Assembly: GCA_947632115.1 (NCBI GenBank)
Contig: CANROB010000003.1
Location: forward strand, 14,919-78,918
DNA length: 64,000 nt
From: an uncultured Bacilli bacterium
Lineage (GTDB): Bacteria; Bacillota_I; Bacilli_A; RF39; UBA660
Reading direction: 5' to 3'
Below the pieces are notes generated by a model, which was not told where the DNA came from, did no database searches, and worked only from the letters and a program-made list of their open reading frames with translations. Below are positions 63,317-64,000 of the stretch, one piece after another (the stretch's first letter is position 1; each line of letters opens with the position of its first letter). The position numbers and the translations under genes are program-made.

Positions 63317-63952
63317 GTGGCATTTGAAAAGGAAAGAGAAACTTGCTATAATGAAATCGGTGATTTTATGATTTCCATTGCCGAAAAAACAAAAAGTACG
63401 ATTTCGATTCAAAAATCCAAATTTATCTGTGAAATCATTCCTCTTACTAGTCTTCAAGATATTCCTATTCTTTTAAAGAAGGCAGAGGAAGAATATCCAG
63501 GAGCGACACACTACTGTTATGCCTACTTATTTGATCAACAAAAAAGATTTTCCGATGATGGAGAACCTAGCGGAACAGCAGGTATGCCTCTTTTAAACGT
63601 GATAGAGGCAAAAGGACTAGACCACATTCTTATTTTAGTCATTCGCTATTTTGGAGGAATTAAATTAGGAGCAGGAGGACTTGTTCGTGCCTATACCAAA
63701 GCGGCTACAACCGCGATAGAACAAGCAAAAATGATATCTCTCATTTCTGGAAATCTTTTAAAAATCTCTTTTCCCTATAGGGAAGAAAAAAGAGTATTAA
63801 ATCTACTATTTCCCTATCCTATCTTAGAAAAAGATTACCAAGAACAAGTATCTTATATACTTTTTCTTCCAAAAGAATATCTATTAAAACTTAAAAATTA
63901 CTCTTATCAAATCTTAGAAGAAAATATTTTAGGACAAGAAAAAAAGGCTTAG
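63317..63952 (+). CDS. YigZ/IMPACT-family protein (start GTG 63317 or ATG 63368)
   Basis: Motifs KSKFI, DDGEPSGTAGMPLL and IRYFGGIKLGAGGLVRAY are typical of the UPF0029/IMPACT N-terminal domain. Confidence 0.8.
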   Translation: MAFEKERETCYNEIGDFMISIAEKTKSTISIQKSKFICEIIPLTSLQDIPILLKKAEEEYPGATHYCYAYLFDQQKRFSDDGEPSGTAGMPLLNVIEAKGLDHILILVIRYFGGIKLGAGGLVRAYTKAATTAIEQAKMISLISGNLLKISFPYREEKRVLNLLFPYPILEKDYQEQVSYILFLPKEYLLKLKNYSYQILEENILGQEKKA

Positions 63953-64000
63953 CCTTTTATTTTGAACTTTTTTTCGGAACGAGCAAGTGTAATAGAAGCA

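Overview
AT-rich, gene-dense chromosomal segment from a low-GC, endospore-forming Bacillota (Firmicutes) bacterium. It uses the standard bacterial code: TGA is used as a stop and Trp is TGG. I support about 66 protein genes, nearly all on the minus strand. I saw no rRNA, tRNA, CRISPR array, transposase or integrase. Most of the window is housekeeping. From left to right: a DUF4956/VTC/CotH cluster, xseA-xseB-nusB, spoIIP, tcdA, an orphan pilin-like gene, a two-component system and queH. Then a compact alaS, an AI-2E transporter, an ABC module, frr, proS, mutL, sufC-sufD-like-sufS, pnp-rpsO, an ftsW/rodA-family gene and def. Then an ABC-F ATPase, the division/sporulation block (murG-murB-ftsQ ... 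ftsA-ftsZ-spoIIGA-sigE) and uvrC. The stand-out feature is a 10.7-kb tandem array (46002..56671, minus strand) inserted between ftsQ/divIB and ftsA. It holds four paralogous ~700-aa proteins and three near-identical 217-aa partner proteins, none of which I can assign to a named family. Each small gene has its own conserved sigma-A-type promoter. Each stops 10 nt upstream of a large gene (TAA-GAGGTGAAAT-ATG). The fourth large gene is preceded by what looks like a short relic of a deleted small gene. All four large proteins share an invariant ~20-aa N-terminus, a divergent and mosaic beta-rich middle, and a conserved C-terminal domain. That domain has a papain-like Cys...His...(S/T)-W-G arrangement. 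Neither protein has a signal peptide or a TM helix. I read this as an undescribed, diversifying two-gene module (putative cysteine peptidase or transglutaminase-fold enzyme plus chaperone or inhibitor). Its function is inference only.
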